DNA of 64,000 nucleotides, from positions 11,038,001 through 11,102,000 of the forward strand of contig CM075991.1 of assembly GCA_038087875.1 (NCBI GenBank), written 5' to 3'. The translations under genes and the position numbers were made by a program. Below the pieces are notes generated by a model. It was not told the DNA's origin. It did not search any database and worked only from the letters and a program-made list of their open reading frames with translations. Origin of the DNA: Malacoraja senta (Eukaryota). Below, piece after piece: positions 24,159 to 37,791 of the stretch (positions within the stretch are counted from its first letter, which is position 1; the number at the start of each line of letters is the position of its first letter).

Positions 24159-24658
24159 TGGTTCACTGTCGCTTTTACCTTTGATCGTGTTGTGGCCATT
24201 TCTCTACAAACTTCAGACCAAGGTATTGTACCACAAGGACAGCAAGTGTGGTTATAGCAAGCGCGACGGCACTGGCCTGTTTGAGGACCGTGAAACATAT
24301 CATAAGGTCCATTAAAATCCGTAGGGCGCTCATGAGTAACGTTGATGAAGGCAATGATTCTGAGAGCGAGAACCGTAAGAAGTCCATGATTTTGCTCTTT
24401 ACTCTGTTTGCCAATTTCATCCTCCTCTGGACACCATATTTGATACATTCCATAAACTGGCAAGTGACAAACTGCAATTACGCAGACAAGTATTACACCA
24501 ACCCGATATTCATCAACCAGCAAACAGGGTTCATGTTGCAACTACTGAGCTCCTGCACCAACACTTGTATCTATGGACTGACACAGAGGAAGTTCAGACA
24601 GGAGCTGAAAAATGGGGTGAAATATCTGGTTACACTGAATGGGAAACTCGGCAAATAG
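24159..24658 (+). pseudogene. Truncated receptor pseudogene fragment psi-B
   Basis: Same 5' truncation, 1-nt deletion and 174-nt deletion as psi-A, but without the TGA nonsense codon. Confidence 0.9.
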
Positions 24659-26212
24659 GTTGGCAATCTGTTATATCTGTAGGTTTGCCTTCATCGAACT
24701 CTTCTGTACCTGTGGGATAATGGCTTGAAACAAGCTTGAGAAGGGATAGACAAACTGGAACAAAATGATACATAGACAAACTGGAACAAAAATGGAATTT
24801 GTTGTCTCAGTTCCTACCCCTAATTTAAATAATATATTAACCATGTTGGTTAAAAAAAAAATGTAATCAGTGTATGAACAAATTCAATGAAGGTGCGGTA
24901 AAGGGGAAGGAATATAAAATAACATACTTTGGTTATTTGTATGTTTTTGGAGTATTTAGCAATGAATACTGACAACATCTAACTCTCTCTTGAAAGTATC
25001 CTGAGAAGTGCCCTCCACCGCCCTCCACCGCTCTCTGAGGCAGAGAATTCCACAGACTCACAACTCTCTGTGAGAAAAAGTATTTCTCATCTCCGTACTA
25101 AATGTCTTACCCCTTATTCTTAAACTGTGGTCCCTGGATTCTGGACTCCCCCAACATGGCGAATAAGTTCCCTGCCTCTAGCGTGTCCAAGCCCTTAATA
25201 ATCTCATATGTTTCAATAAGTCCCCTCTCATCATTCTAAATTCCAGAGTACACACGCCCAGCCGCTCCATTCTCTCAACATATGACAGTTCCGCCATCCC
25301 GCGAATTAACCTCGTCAACCTCCGCTGCACTCCCTCAATAGCAAGAATGTCCTTCCTCAAATTTGGAGACCAAAACTGCACACAATACTCCAGGTGTGGT
25401 CTTACAAGGGCCCTGTACAACCACAGAAGGACCTCTTTGCTCCTATACTTATAACTCTTCTCTTATGACTCTCTATTGAGTCCACCAATAGACATGCGAC
25501 AAAAAGACATTTGTGAATAAAAGTGAAGTTGCCAACATTCGTCCAACAAGAGATCAACGTCGCTCCGTGTGTTACCTTCTGATATGAATAAACTTTGAGC
25601 ATTTGTGTGCATTCTACAATCATATTTTCTGGATTGTCTTCCAAACGGTCAGCGCCGCCCTTCAGGTAACTGCTGTCTCTTTTAGGAGCAGACTTGGGCC
25701 ATTCGACTCTTCAAGTCTACTCCGCCATTCAATCATGGCTGATCTATCGCTCCCCCCTAACCCCATTCTCCTGCCTTCGCCCCAGAACCTCTGATGCCCG
25801 TACTCATCAAGAATCTATCTATCTCTGCCTTAAAAATATCCACTGACTTGGCCTCCTCAGCCTTCTGTTGCAAATAATTCCACTGATTCTGGTAGCTCTG
25901 CGAATATGCTTACAGAGACGATTTGTCTGCAAATCAGATTAAAAATCCCCAGACCTCTTAATGTGGCAGCCTTGTGGGGATTTATTTGGAAAAATTGTGT
26001 TTTCTGAAAAAAATACAAAACAACTTTAAAATAGCCTGTAAAGCATCTTCTGCGGTTGGTTCATTAACTCAGGTTATTTAATTACATATAACAGAGTGCA
26101 CTCCAAGTAAGTGTCCCAGCAGACCATACCTTTACATATAAGGGAGGTCTCGTGTAACCAAACTGACACCTTGCAGACATCGCCTAATCGGCAAATGTCC
26201 TTGACGCATAAC

Positions 26213-28121
26213 ATGGGCTATCCGGTCATCTTTGTGTTTGAAAGTATCTACTATCCTATTCTTGCAGCAGTCGGCATCACAGGTAAGGAATGGAACCAGT
26301 CACTGTGCATGATATTGTGAAGGTTCCTGAGTTCATTTGGTCTAGGAGCAGAATTAAACAATTCGACCCATCAAGTCTACTCTGCCATTCAATCATGGTT
26401 GATCTATCATTCTCTCTCAGTCCCATTCTTCTGCCTTCGCCCCATAACCCCTGACACCTTTACTAATCCAGAATCGGTGAATCTCCATTTGAAAAATATC
26501 CATTGACTTGGCCCTCACAGCCGTCTGTGGCAATGAATTCCACAGATTCACCACCCCTGTGTGAATGTTGTGCACATGTATCCCTTTCTTCTCCTGTACT
26601 GCACAACCCAACATTTATTGTCATAGGGTGGAAGCAGAGAGTATGTGTGTGTGTCAGAGATGTTTTACAAGCGCGATATATTTCGATTTTCTGCAATAAG
26701 AGGCCACCACTGAACTCGTCCCCGCACATCCCCCCCTCCCCCCTGCCCCTTCCTTGCAGGCAGCATACAAAGGGGCGACCGTCCCCGACTGCCTCGCACA
26801 TATTTCCATCCGCACCAGCAACCATTCTGCTATTCATGACATTCTCTTATACAAGCACATCATTCCCCTATGTATTGACAAAAAGTTTCGAACTGAAATA
26901 TTTCTCTCTCTGCAGATGCTGCCCGAGCCTTTACCTGTTAATATCGGCATGTTCTGTCTTTATTTCAGATGACCTATACTTCATGAATTTTAGGATCAGT
27001 ATTAGGCTGCTCGGCCCATCAAGTATATTCCGCCATTCAATTATGACAGATCTATTTTTCTCTCCCTCAACCCCATTCACCTGCCTTCTCCCCATTACCG
27101 CTAACACCCGTACTAAAGATAGTTTGTTTCATACTTTACAGGAAGTTAGTAATCTGTTTCTAACCCTGGCACTGATTTACTTCCAGAGGCAGGTGATAAT
27201 TTCCTTTCCCTTTCTGTTGCAGTTAACTTTGTGGCGATCGTCATCCTGTCCCGGGGAAAATGCGGACTCTCCAAATGTATTACACGCTATCTGGTTTCCA
27301 TGGCTGTGGCCGATGTAATGGTGGTGATCGTCGAAGTCATACTGAAGCGGATTAACAACATTTATTTGCCGATAAATATTTTGTTCATCACTCCAGTCTG
27401 TGCCATGAAACTAGTCTTAAAACACGCAGCCCTGGATTGCTCTGTCTGGTTCACTGTCGCTTTTACCTTTGATCGTCTTGTGGCCATTTCCTCTCCAAAC
27501 CTCAGACCAAGGTATTGTACCACAAGGACAGCAAGTGTGGTTATAGCAAGCGCGACCGCACTGGCCTGTTTGAGGAGCGTCCCATATTATTTTATCTATG
27601 AACCCGAATATATAATTAACAACATCCCGTACTTCTGCGTTTTAACCGCTGAATACTATACCTCGCCTTTCTGGGTGGGCATTGAGTTATTCGACAGTAT
27701 CTTAAACCCTTTCGCACCAATATTCCTCATCCTTCTGTTCAACGCCCTTACCGTCAAACATATCATAAGGTCCAATAAAATCCGTAGGGCGCTCATGAGT
27801 AACGTTGATGAAGGCAATGATTCTGAGAGCGAGAACCGTAAGAAGTCCATGATTTTGCTCTTTACTCTGTCTGCCAATTTCATCCTCCTCTGGACACCAT
27901 ATTTAATACATTGCTTACACTGGCAAATGGCAGACTACAATTACGCAGACAAGTATTACACCAACCCGATATTCATCAACCAGCAAACAGGGTTCATGTT
28001 GCAACTACTGAGCTCCTGCACCAACACTTGTATCTATGGACTGACACAGAGGAAGTTCAGACAGGAGCTGAAAAATGGGGTGAAATATCTGGTTACACTG
28101 AATGGGAAAATCTGCAAATAG
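26213..28121 (+). CDS. GPR139-like GPCR copy 5 (type D); join(26213..26282,27223..28121), 322 aa
   Basis: Intact exons and splice sites; additional in-frame ATG at 26195. Confidence 0.88.
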
Positions 28122-30681
28122 GTTGGCAATCTGTTATATCTGTAGGTGTAACCCTCGTTGTAACAGTTACAGAGCCACAGTTTTCAAAGCGATAAAAGTA
28201 TATTAAGGGCACAAAGGAAATAGATGTGGAGGTGGAGGGGGGGAGGGTGACAGAGAGGGATTACGAAGGGTGAGAAGGGTCAGTGGGAAAGAGAAACAGA
28301 TAGAAATTCAAAGAATGGAGACAAGTGGGGGTGGAGGAGGGGTGGAGCGAAAGGGGTCTAAAGGAAGAGAGGGAAAGAGAAAGAGATTGGGAGAGGGGGA
28401 TGGAGAGAGGGGAGATGGAGAGAGGGATAAAGGAGGAAAAAGAGCTAGAGAGAACGTGATAAAATAGAGGGGAATGAGAAAGGGGACAGATGGATACATA
28501 GAGAGAGTGAAAGAGGAGAGAGTGAGGCAGAAAGAGAAAGGGAGAAAACATGGAGAGAGGGGAAGAGGGGTGGTGAAAGAGATGGGAGAGAGATGGAAGA
28601 GAGGAGGGAAGAAGACAGAGAGGGTAGGAGGTAGAGAGAAAGGAGACAGGGGAAAGAGGGTGAGGGAGAAGACTGAGAAGAGAAACTCGTGTGGAGAGAC
28701 GGAGGAAGAGAGACAGAGAGAGGGAGATGGGGGAGAGAGAAATAGAGAAAGAGGTAGAGAGACAGAGAAAGAAAGAAAGAGAGGGAGAGATAGTTACAGG
28801 GGAGAACAGAGTGAAGCATCAGATGAAATGTCCTCAACAGGGAATGAAAAGAACGATGTTCAAGGAATCTCATAATTTACTGAAGTGACTCAGGAAGCCA
28901 AACCACACCGTGGAAGACGTTAAAGGAGGTACGGTGATACAGGGGAGTGCAAACTTACCGGGGACTCGTATTTAATTTAGCAGGGATACACAGACCAATA
29001 TTCATAGGAGCAGGCCATTGAGCTCATGATATCTCCATCTACAATGATGCCAAACAATGCCCTGTATTTACATGTGCCTGTTTTAATGTCAACTGAATGT
29101 CGGTAATATCTGCTTCTACCACCTTACCCGGCAACACATTCCAGGCATCTATCGCTCTCTGTATAAAGAACCGACCAGACAAATCTATAAATATTCCCAT
29201 CAAAGAAGGGAAGAAATTGAACTCTTTTTCCCCTTCCATCACAGTGAGGAATGTGGAGGAGTCACTGTGGTGGCTGTTTATGTTAAAATGTATTTTGTGT
29301 GTTCTGTTGCTTTTTATTATTATGACAGTATGGCAAATCCTCGTATGTTGCAAAACATACATGACTAATAAAGTATGATTATGATCATGATTATGATTTC
29401 TCACACTAAGTGTAGGCTCTCTGGTATTTGACATTTGCATCCTGAGATTTTAAAAAAAGGCTCTGACTATCCACCCTCTCTATGCCTCTCATCATTAACA
29501 TACTTTTTTAAGAGCGAAGTTGATGTCAGGTTTAGAACAGGAAGGTCTATGATAGGATAGAGGGCTGGAGTAATAGAATGGCAAAAGGTTAAAGCAGAAT
29601 ACCATTGGTGATGGGACAAGTTAAGATATGTTAGATTTAGGGAAGGACTAAGTCGTAAAATACGTTTATTCTTGCCGAAAGGAAATGGGAGTAATAGTTA
29701 AAATGTAAAGTTTAAATTCAATGTTTTGACTGAAAGCTTTAGCTTAGTTTAGAATAGAGATAGAGCGCGGAAACATATGATAGTCCCGCCATCCCGGGAA
29801 TTAACCTCGTGAACCTACACTGCACTCCCCCAATAGCAAGAATGTCCTTCTTCAAATTTGGAGACTAAAACAGCACACAATACTCCAGGTGTGGTCATAC
29901 TAGGGCCCTGTACAACTGCAGAAGGACCTCTTTGCTCCTATACTTATGATTCTATCCTTATGACTCTCTATTGAAGTGGCCAATGGTCATGCAGTAAATA
30001 AGGCAATTGTGAATAAAAGTGAAGTTGTCAACATTCGTCCGACAAGTGATCAACGTCGCTCCGTGTATTACCTTCTGATATTAATAAACTTTGAGCATTT
30101 GTGTTCATTCTACAAGCTTGGATTCTGGATTGTCTTCAAAATGGTCAGCGCCGTTCTTCAGGTAACCTTTTGTCTTTTTTAGGAGCAGTCTACTCCGTCA
30201 TTCAATCATGGCTGATGTATCTCTCCCCCCTAACCCCATTCTCCTTCCATCTCCCCATAACCCCTGACTCCCGTACTAATCAAGAATCTATCTATCTCTG
30301 CCTTAAAAATATCCACTGACTTGGCCTCCTCAGCCTTCTGTGGCAAAGAATTTCACTGGTTCTGGTAGCTCTGTGAATATGATTACAGATACGATTGGTC
30401 TGCAAATCAGAGTAAAAATCCCCAGACCTCTTAATGATGGCAGCCTAATGGGGATTTATTTGGAAAATTTGTGTTTTCTGGAAAAAATACAAAACAACTT
30501 AAAAATAGCCTGTAAAGCAGCTTCTGCTGTTGGTTCATTAGGTTATCTAATTAAATAGAACAGAGTGCACTCCAACTAAGTGTCCCAGCAGACCATCCAT
30601 TTTCATATAAGGGAGGTCTCGTGTAACCAAACTGACACCTTGCAGATATCGCCTAATGGGCAACTGTCCTTGACGCATAAC

Positions 30682-32152
30682 ATGGGCTATCCGGTCATCT
30701 TTGTGCTTGAAAGTATCTACTATCCTATTCTTGCAGCAGTCGGCATCACAGGTAAGGAATGGTACCAGTCACTGTGCATGTTTTTTTGTGAATATTCCTA
30801 AGTTCATGAATTCATTCGGTCTAGGAGCAGAATTAGGCAATTCGACCCATCAAGCCTACTCTGCCATTCTATCGTGCTATATCTATCATTCTCTCTCAGC
30901 CCCATTCTTCTGTCTTCGCCACATAACCCCCGACACCTATACTAATCAAGAATCGGTCAATCTCCATCTTAAAAATATCCATTGGCTTGGCCCTCACAGC
31001 CGTCTGTGGCAATGAATTCCACAGATTCACCACCCTTCTGTGAATGTGTACATGTTTCCCTTTCTTCTCCTGTACTGCAACATCCCAACATGTATTCACA
31101 TAGGGTGGAAGCAGAGAGTATGTGTGTGTGTCAGAGATGTTTTGCAAGCGCGATATATTTCCATTATCTGCAATGTGGTCACCACTGGACTCGACACAGG
31201 CACTGATTTACTCCCAGAGGAAGGTGATAATTTCCTTTCCCTTTCTGTTGCAGTTAACTTGGTGGCGATCGTCATCCTGTCCCGGGGAAAATGCGGACTC
31301 TCCAAATGTATTGCACGCTATCTGGTTTCCATGGCTGTGGCCGATGTAATGGTGGTGATCGTCGAAGTCATACTGAAGCGGATTAATAACATTTATTTGC
31401 CGATAAATATTTTGTTCATCACTCCAGTCTGTGCCATGAAACTAGTCTTAAAACAGGCAGCCCTGGATTGCTCTGTCTGGTTCACTGTCGCTTTTACCTT
31501 TGATCGGCTTGTGGCCATTTCCTTTCCAAACCTCAGACCAAGGTATTGTACCACAAGGACAGCAAGTGTGGTTATAGCAAGCGCGACGGCACTGGCCTGT
31601 TTGAGCAGCATCCCTTATTATTTTACGTATGAACCCGGATATATAATTAACAACATCCCGTATTTGTGCGTTGCAACCGCTGCCTACAATACCTCGCCTG
31701 TCTGGGTGAGCATTGAGTGGTTCGACAGTATCTTAAACCCTTTATTACCAATCATACTCATCCTTCTGTTCAACGCCCTTACCGTCAAACATATCATAAG
31801 GTCCAATAAAATCCGTAGGGCGCTCATGAGTAACGTTGATGAAGGCAAGGATTCTGAGAGCGAGAACCGCAAGAAGTCCATGATTTTGCTCTTTACTCTG
31901 TCTGCCAATTTCATCCTCCTCTGGACACCGTATTTTATACATTCCTTAAACTGGCAAATGATAAACTACAATTACGCAGACAAGTATTACACCAACCCGA
32001 TATTCATCAACCAGCAAACAGGGTTCATGTTGCAACTACTTAGCTCCTGCACCAACACTTGTATCTATGGACTGACACAAAGGAAGTTCAGACAGGAGCT
32101 GAAAAATGGGGTGAAACATCTGGTTACACTGAATGGGAAACTCTGCAAATAG
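30682..32152 (+). CDS. GPR139-like GPCR copy 6 (type C); join(30682..30751,31254..32152), 322 aa
   Basis: Intact exons, 502-bp intron. Confidence 0.88.
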
Positions 32153-32730
32153 GTTGGCAATCTGCTATATCTGTAGGTTTCCCGTCATCGAACTCTTCTG
32201 TACCTGTGGGATAATGGCTTGAAACAAGCTTGAGAAGGGATTAAATACATAGACAAACAGGAACAAAAATATAATTTCTTGTTTCACTTCCTAGCCCTAA
32301 TTTAATTGCTACATTAACCATGTTGGTTACATTTTAAAAAAAAACAGTAAATGAACAAATTCAATGAGGGTGCGGTAAAGGGGAGGGATTATAAAATAAC
32401 ATACTTTGGATATTTGTATGATTTTGGAGTATTTAGCAATGAATACTGACAACATTATTTCCCCCCGTCATTATTGGGGATAGGAGGGTGGGAGATTGCA
32501 ACCTTTACATAGTCCGCCCTGTTTCGACCAATGCAATCAACCCGGCGTGCACAATCAAATAAGAACAAATAGAACAAGTTGTCCCTACAACTTTAGGCTG
32601 TGCAAGCCATACGCAAGAAGAAGATTGGTGATAGGCTAATTTTACTAGTCTGAGATTAGATTATGCTGCAGTTGATAGGAAATAAGTATTTAAATGTAAA
32701 ATGATGAAGGTTTCATTCTAATCATTTATG

Positions 32731-33277
32731 TGATCATGACTGATCATCCACAATCAGTACCCCCGTTCCTGCCTTCTCCCCATATCCCCTGACTCCGCTA
32801 TCTTTAAGAGCCCTATCTAACTCTCTCTTGAAAGTGTCCTGAGAACCGGCCTCCACCGCCATCTGAGGCAGAGAATTCCACATACTCACAACCCTCTTTG
32901 AGAACAAGTATTTCCTCATCTAAGTTCTAAATGTCTTTCCCCTTATTCTTAATCCGTGGTCCCAGGATTCTGGACTCCCCCAACATCGGGAATATGTTCC
33001 CGCCTCTAGCGTGTCCAAGCCCTTAATAATCTCATATGTTTCAATAAGACCCCTCTCATCGTTCTAAACTCCAGAGTACACACGCCCAGCCTCTCCATTC
33101 TCTCAACATATGACAGTTCCGCCATCCCGCGAATTAACCTCGTCAACCTACGCTGCACTCCCTCAATAGCAAGAATGTCCTTCCTCAAATTTGGAGACCA
33201 AAACTGCACACAAAACTCCAGGTGTGGTCTTACAAGGGCCCTGTACAACCGCAGAAGGAGCTCTTTGCTCCTATACT
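32731..33277 (-). mobile_element. CR1 LINE 3' fragment (paralogous copies at about 36488-37030 and 54939-55486)
   Basis: ORFs 33006-33248 and 32734-32919 give consecutive CR1 ORF2 C-terminal peptides. Confidence 0.75.
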
Positions 33278-34115
33278 TATGACTCTTCTCTTATGACTCT
33301 CTATTAGGTCCACCAATAGTCATGCGGCAAAAAGACAATGATTATATTTGTAATAATTTGTGATAATTATAATATTTGTAATAATAGAGACAATGACTCT
33401 CTATTGAAGCCGCCAATGGCCATGCAGTAAATAAGGCAACTGTGAATAAAAGTGAAGTTGTCAACATTCGTCCGACAAGTGATCAACGTCGCTCCGTGTG
33501 TTACCTTCTGATATTAATAAACTGAGCATTTGTGTTCATTCTACAAGCTTGGATTCTGGATTGTCTTCAAAATGGTCAGCGCCGTTCTTCAGGTAACTTT
33601 TGTCTTTTTTAGGAGCAGTCTACTCCGTCATTCAATCATGGCTGATGTATCTCTCCCCTCTAACCCCATTCTCCTTCCATCTCCCCATAACCCCTGACTC
33701 CCGTACTAATCAAGAATCTATCTATCTCTGCCTTAAAAATATCCACTGACTTGGCCTCCTCAGCCTTCTGTGGCAAAGAATTTCACTGGTTCTGGTAGCT
33801 CTTTGAATATGATTACAGATACGATTGGTCTGCAAATCAGAGTAAAAATCCCCAGACCTCTTAATGTGGCAGCCTTGTGGGGATTTATTTTAAAAATTTG
33901 TGTTTTCTGAAAAAAATACAAAACAACTTTAAAATAGGCTGTAAAGCAGCTTCTGCTGTTGGTTCATTAAGTCAGGTTATCTAATTAAATATAACAGAGT
34001 GCACTCCAACTAAGTGTCCCAGCAGACCTTCCATTTTCATATAAGGGAGGTCTCGTGTAACCAAATTGACACCTTGCAGACATAGCCTAATGGGCAACTG
34101 TCCTTGACGCATAAC

Positions 34116-35909
34116 ATGGGCTATCCGGTCATCTTTGTGTTTGAAAGTATCTACTATCCTATTCTTGCAGCAGTCGGCATCACAGGTAAGGAATGGAACC
34201 AGTCACTGTGCATGATATTGTGAATGTTCCTGAGTTCATTTGGTCTAGGAGCAGAATTAAGCAATACGACCCATCAAGTCTACTCTGCCATTCAATCATG
34301 GTTGATCTATCATTCTCTCTCAGTCCCATTCTTCTGCCTTCGCCCATAACCCCTGACACCTTTACATGTTTCCCTTTCTTCTCCTGTACTGCACAACCCA
34401 ACATTTATTGTCATAGGGTGGAAGCAGAGAGTATGTGTGTGTCAGAGATGTTTTACAAACGCGATATATTTCCATTATATGCAATAAGAGGCCACCACTG
34501 TACTCGCCCCCTCACTTCACCGCCCCCCTCCCCCTTCCCCCTTCTTTGCAGGCAGCATACAAAGGGGCGACCGTCCCCGACTGCCTCGCACATACTTCCA
34601 TCCCCACCAGCAACCATTCTGCTTTGGCTGACATTCTCTTATAAAGCACATCATCCCCCTATGTTTTGACAAAAAGTTTCGAACTGAAATATTTCTTTCA
34701 CCGCAGATGCTTCCCGAGCCTTGACCTGTTAATATCGGCATGTTCTGTCTTTATTTCAGATGACCTATACTTGATAATTTTTAGGAGCAGTATTAGGCTG
34801 CTCGGCCATCAAGTCTATTCCGCCATTCAATTATGACAGATCTATCTTTCTCTCCCCCAACCCCATTCACCTGCCTTCTCCCCATTACCCCTAACACCCG
34901 TACTAAAGATAGTTTGTTTTATACTTTACAGGAAGTTAGTAATCTGTTTCTGACCCCGGCACTGATTTGTTTCCAGAGGCAGGTGATAATCTCCTTTCCC
35001 TTTCTGTTGCAGTTAACTTGGTGGCGATCGTCATCCTGTCCCGGGGAAAATGCGGACTCTCCAAATGTATTACACGCTATCTGGTTTCCATGGCTGTGGC
35101 CGATGTAATGGTGGTGATCGTCGAAGTCATACTGAAGCGGATTAACAACATTTATTTGCCGATAAATATTTTCTTCATCACTCCAGTCTGTGCCATGAAA
35201 CTAGTTTAAAACACGCAGCCCTGATTGCTCTGTCTGGTTCACTGTCGCTTTTACCTTTGATCGTCTTGTGGCCATTTCCTCTCCAACCCTCAGACCAAGG
35301 TATTGTACCACAAGGACAGCAAGTGTGGTTATAGCAAGCGCGACGGCACTGGCCCGTTTGAGGAGCATCCCATATTATTCTATGTATGAACCCAGATATA
35401 TAAATAACAACATCCCGTATTTCTGCGTTGAAACCGCTGCCTACTATACTTCGCCTTTCTGGGTGGGCATTGAGTGGTTCGACAATATCTTAAACCCTTT
35501 CGTTCCAATCTTCCTCATCCTTCTGTTCAACGCCCTGACCGTTAAATATATCATAAGGTCCAATAAAATCCGTAGGGCGCTCATGAGTAACGTTGATGAA
35601 GGCAAGGATTCTGAGAGCGAGAACCGTAAGAAGTCCATGATTTTGCTCTTTACTCTGTCTGCCAATTTCATCCTCCTCTGGACACCATATTTGATACATT
35701 CCATAAACTGGCAAATGACAAACTACAATTACGCAGACAAGTATTACACCAACCCGATATTCATCAACCAGCAAACAGGGTTCATGTTGTAACTACTGAG
35801 CTCCTGCACCAACACTTGTATCTATGGACTGACACAAAGGAAGTTCAGACAGGAGCTGAAAAATGGGGTGAAATATCTGGTTACACTGAATGGGAAACTC
35901 TGCAAATAG
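34116..35909 (+). pseudogene. GPR139-like GPCR copy 7 (type E), disrupted; exons 34116..34185 and 35013..35909
   Basis: Exon 2 is 897 nt: 1-nt deletions at about 35206 (ctagtttaaaa) and 35223 (gccctgattg), plus CAA>TAA at 35790-35792. Confidence 0.85.
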
Positions 35910-36241
35910 GTTGGCAATCTGTTATATCTGTAGGTTTGCCATCATCGAACTCTTCTGTACATGTGGGATAATGGCTTGAAACAAGCTTGAGAAGGGATTA
36001 AATACATAGACAAACAGGAACAAAAATAGAATTTCTTGTCTCACTTCCTAGCCCTAATTTAATTGATACGTTACCCATGTTGGTTACATTTAAAAAAAAA
36101 TCAGTAAATGAACAAATTCAATGAGGGTGCGGTAAAGGGGAGGGATTATAAAATAACATACTTTGGTTATTTGTATGATTTTGGAGTATTTAGCAATGAA
36201 TACTGACAACATTATTTCCCCCCGTCATTATTGGGGATAGG

Positions 36242-36380
36242 AGGGTGGGAGATTGCAACCTTTACATAGTCCGCCCTGTTTCGACCAATGCAATCAACCC
36301 GGCGTGCACAATCAAATAAGAACAAATAGAACAAGTTGTCCCTACAAGTTTAGGCTGCGCAAGCCATACGCAAGAAGAAG
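36242..36380 (+). mobile_element. Short unclassified non-LTR retroelement 3' end with (AAG)n tail (paralogous copies near 16746, 32484, 54693 and 58454)
   Basis: 12-bp direct repeat attggggatagg at 36230-36241 and 36381-36392; ends caagaagaag. Confidence 0.6.
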
Positions 36381-37791
36381 ATTGGGGATAGGCAAATTTT
36401 ACTAGTCTGAGATTAGATTATGCTGCAGTTGATAGGAAATAAGTATTTAAATGTAAAATGATGACGGTTTCATTCTAATCATTTATGTGATCATTGATCA
36501 TCCACAATCAGTACCCCCGTTCCTGCCTTCTCCCCATATCCCCTGACTCCGCTATCTTTAAGAGCCCGATCTAACTCTCTCTTGAAAGTGTCCTGAGAAC
36601 CGGCCTCCACCGCCCTCTGAGGCAGAGAATTCCACAGACTCACAACCCTCTTTGAGAACAAGTATTTCCTCATCTCCGTTCTAAATGTCTTACCCCTTAT
36701 TCTTAAACCGTGGTCCCTGGATTCTGGACTCCCCCAACATCGGGAATATGTTCCCGCCTCTATCGTGTCAGAGCCCTTAATAATCTCATATGTTTCAATA
36801 AGACCCCTCTCATCGTTCTAAACTCCAGAGTACACACGCCCAGCCGCTCCATTCTCTCAACATATGACAGTTCCGCCATCCCGCGAATTAATCTGGTCAA
36901 CCTACGCTGCACTCCCTCAATAGCAAGAATGTCCTTCCTCAAATTTGGAGACCAAAACTGCACACAAAACTCCAGGTATGGTCTTACAAGGGCCCTGTAC
37001 AACCGCAGAAGGACCTCTTTGCTCTTATATTTATGACTCTTCTCTTATGACTCTCTATTGAGTCCACCAATAGTCATGCGGCAAAAAGACAATTGTGAAT
37101 AAAAGTGAAGTTGTCAACATTCGTCCAACAAGAGATCAATGTCGCTCCGTGTGTTACCTTCTCATATGAATAAACTTTGAGCATTTGTGTGCATTCTACA
37201 ATCTTAGTTTCTGGATTGTCTTCAAAACGGTCAGCGCCGCCCTTCAGGTAACTGCTGTCTGTTTTAGGAGCAGACTTTGGCCATTCGACTCTTCAAGTCT
37301 ACTCCGCCATTCAATCATGGCTGATCTATCGCTCCCCCCTAACTCCACTCTCCTGCCCTCTCCCCATAACCTCTCACGCCCGTACTCATCAAGAATCTAT
37401 CTATCTCTGCCTTAAAAATATCCACTGACTTGGCCTCCTCAGCCTTCTGCAAATAATTCCACTGATTCTGGTAGCTCTGCGAATATGATTACAGAGACGA
37501 TTTGTCTGCAAATCAGCTTTAAAATCCCCAGACATCTTAATGTGGCAGCCTTGTGGGGATTTATTTGGAAAAATTGTGTTTTCTGAAAAAAATACAAAAC
37601 AACTTTAAAATAGCCTGTAAAGCATCTTCTGCGGTTGGTTCATTAACTCAGGTTATTTAATTAAATATAACAGAGTGCACTCCAACTAAGTGTCCCAGCA
37701 GACCATCCCTTTACATATAAGGGAGGTCTCGTGTAGCCAAACTGACACCTTGCAGACATCGGCTAATGGGCAACCGTCCTTGACGCATAAC

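Noticed and set aside
27176..27222. Possible alternative acceptor (ttccag) 36 nt upstream, in frame
   Set aside because: Spacing is not conserved (32 nt in copy 12, 37 nt in copy 1) and it would insert polar residues into TM1. RNA data would be needed.
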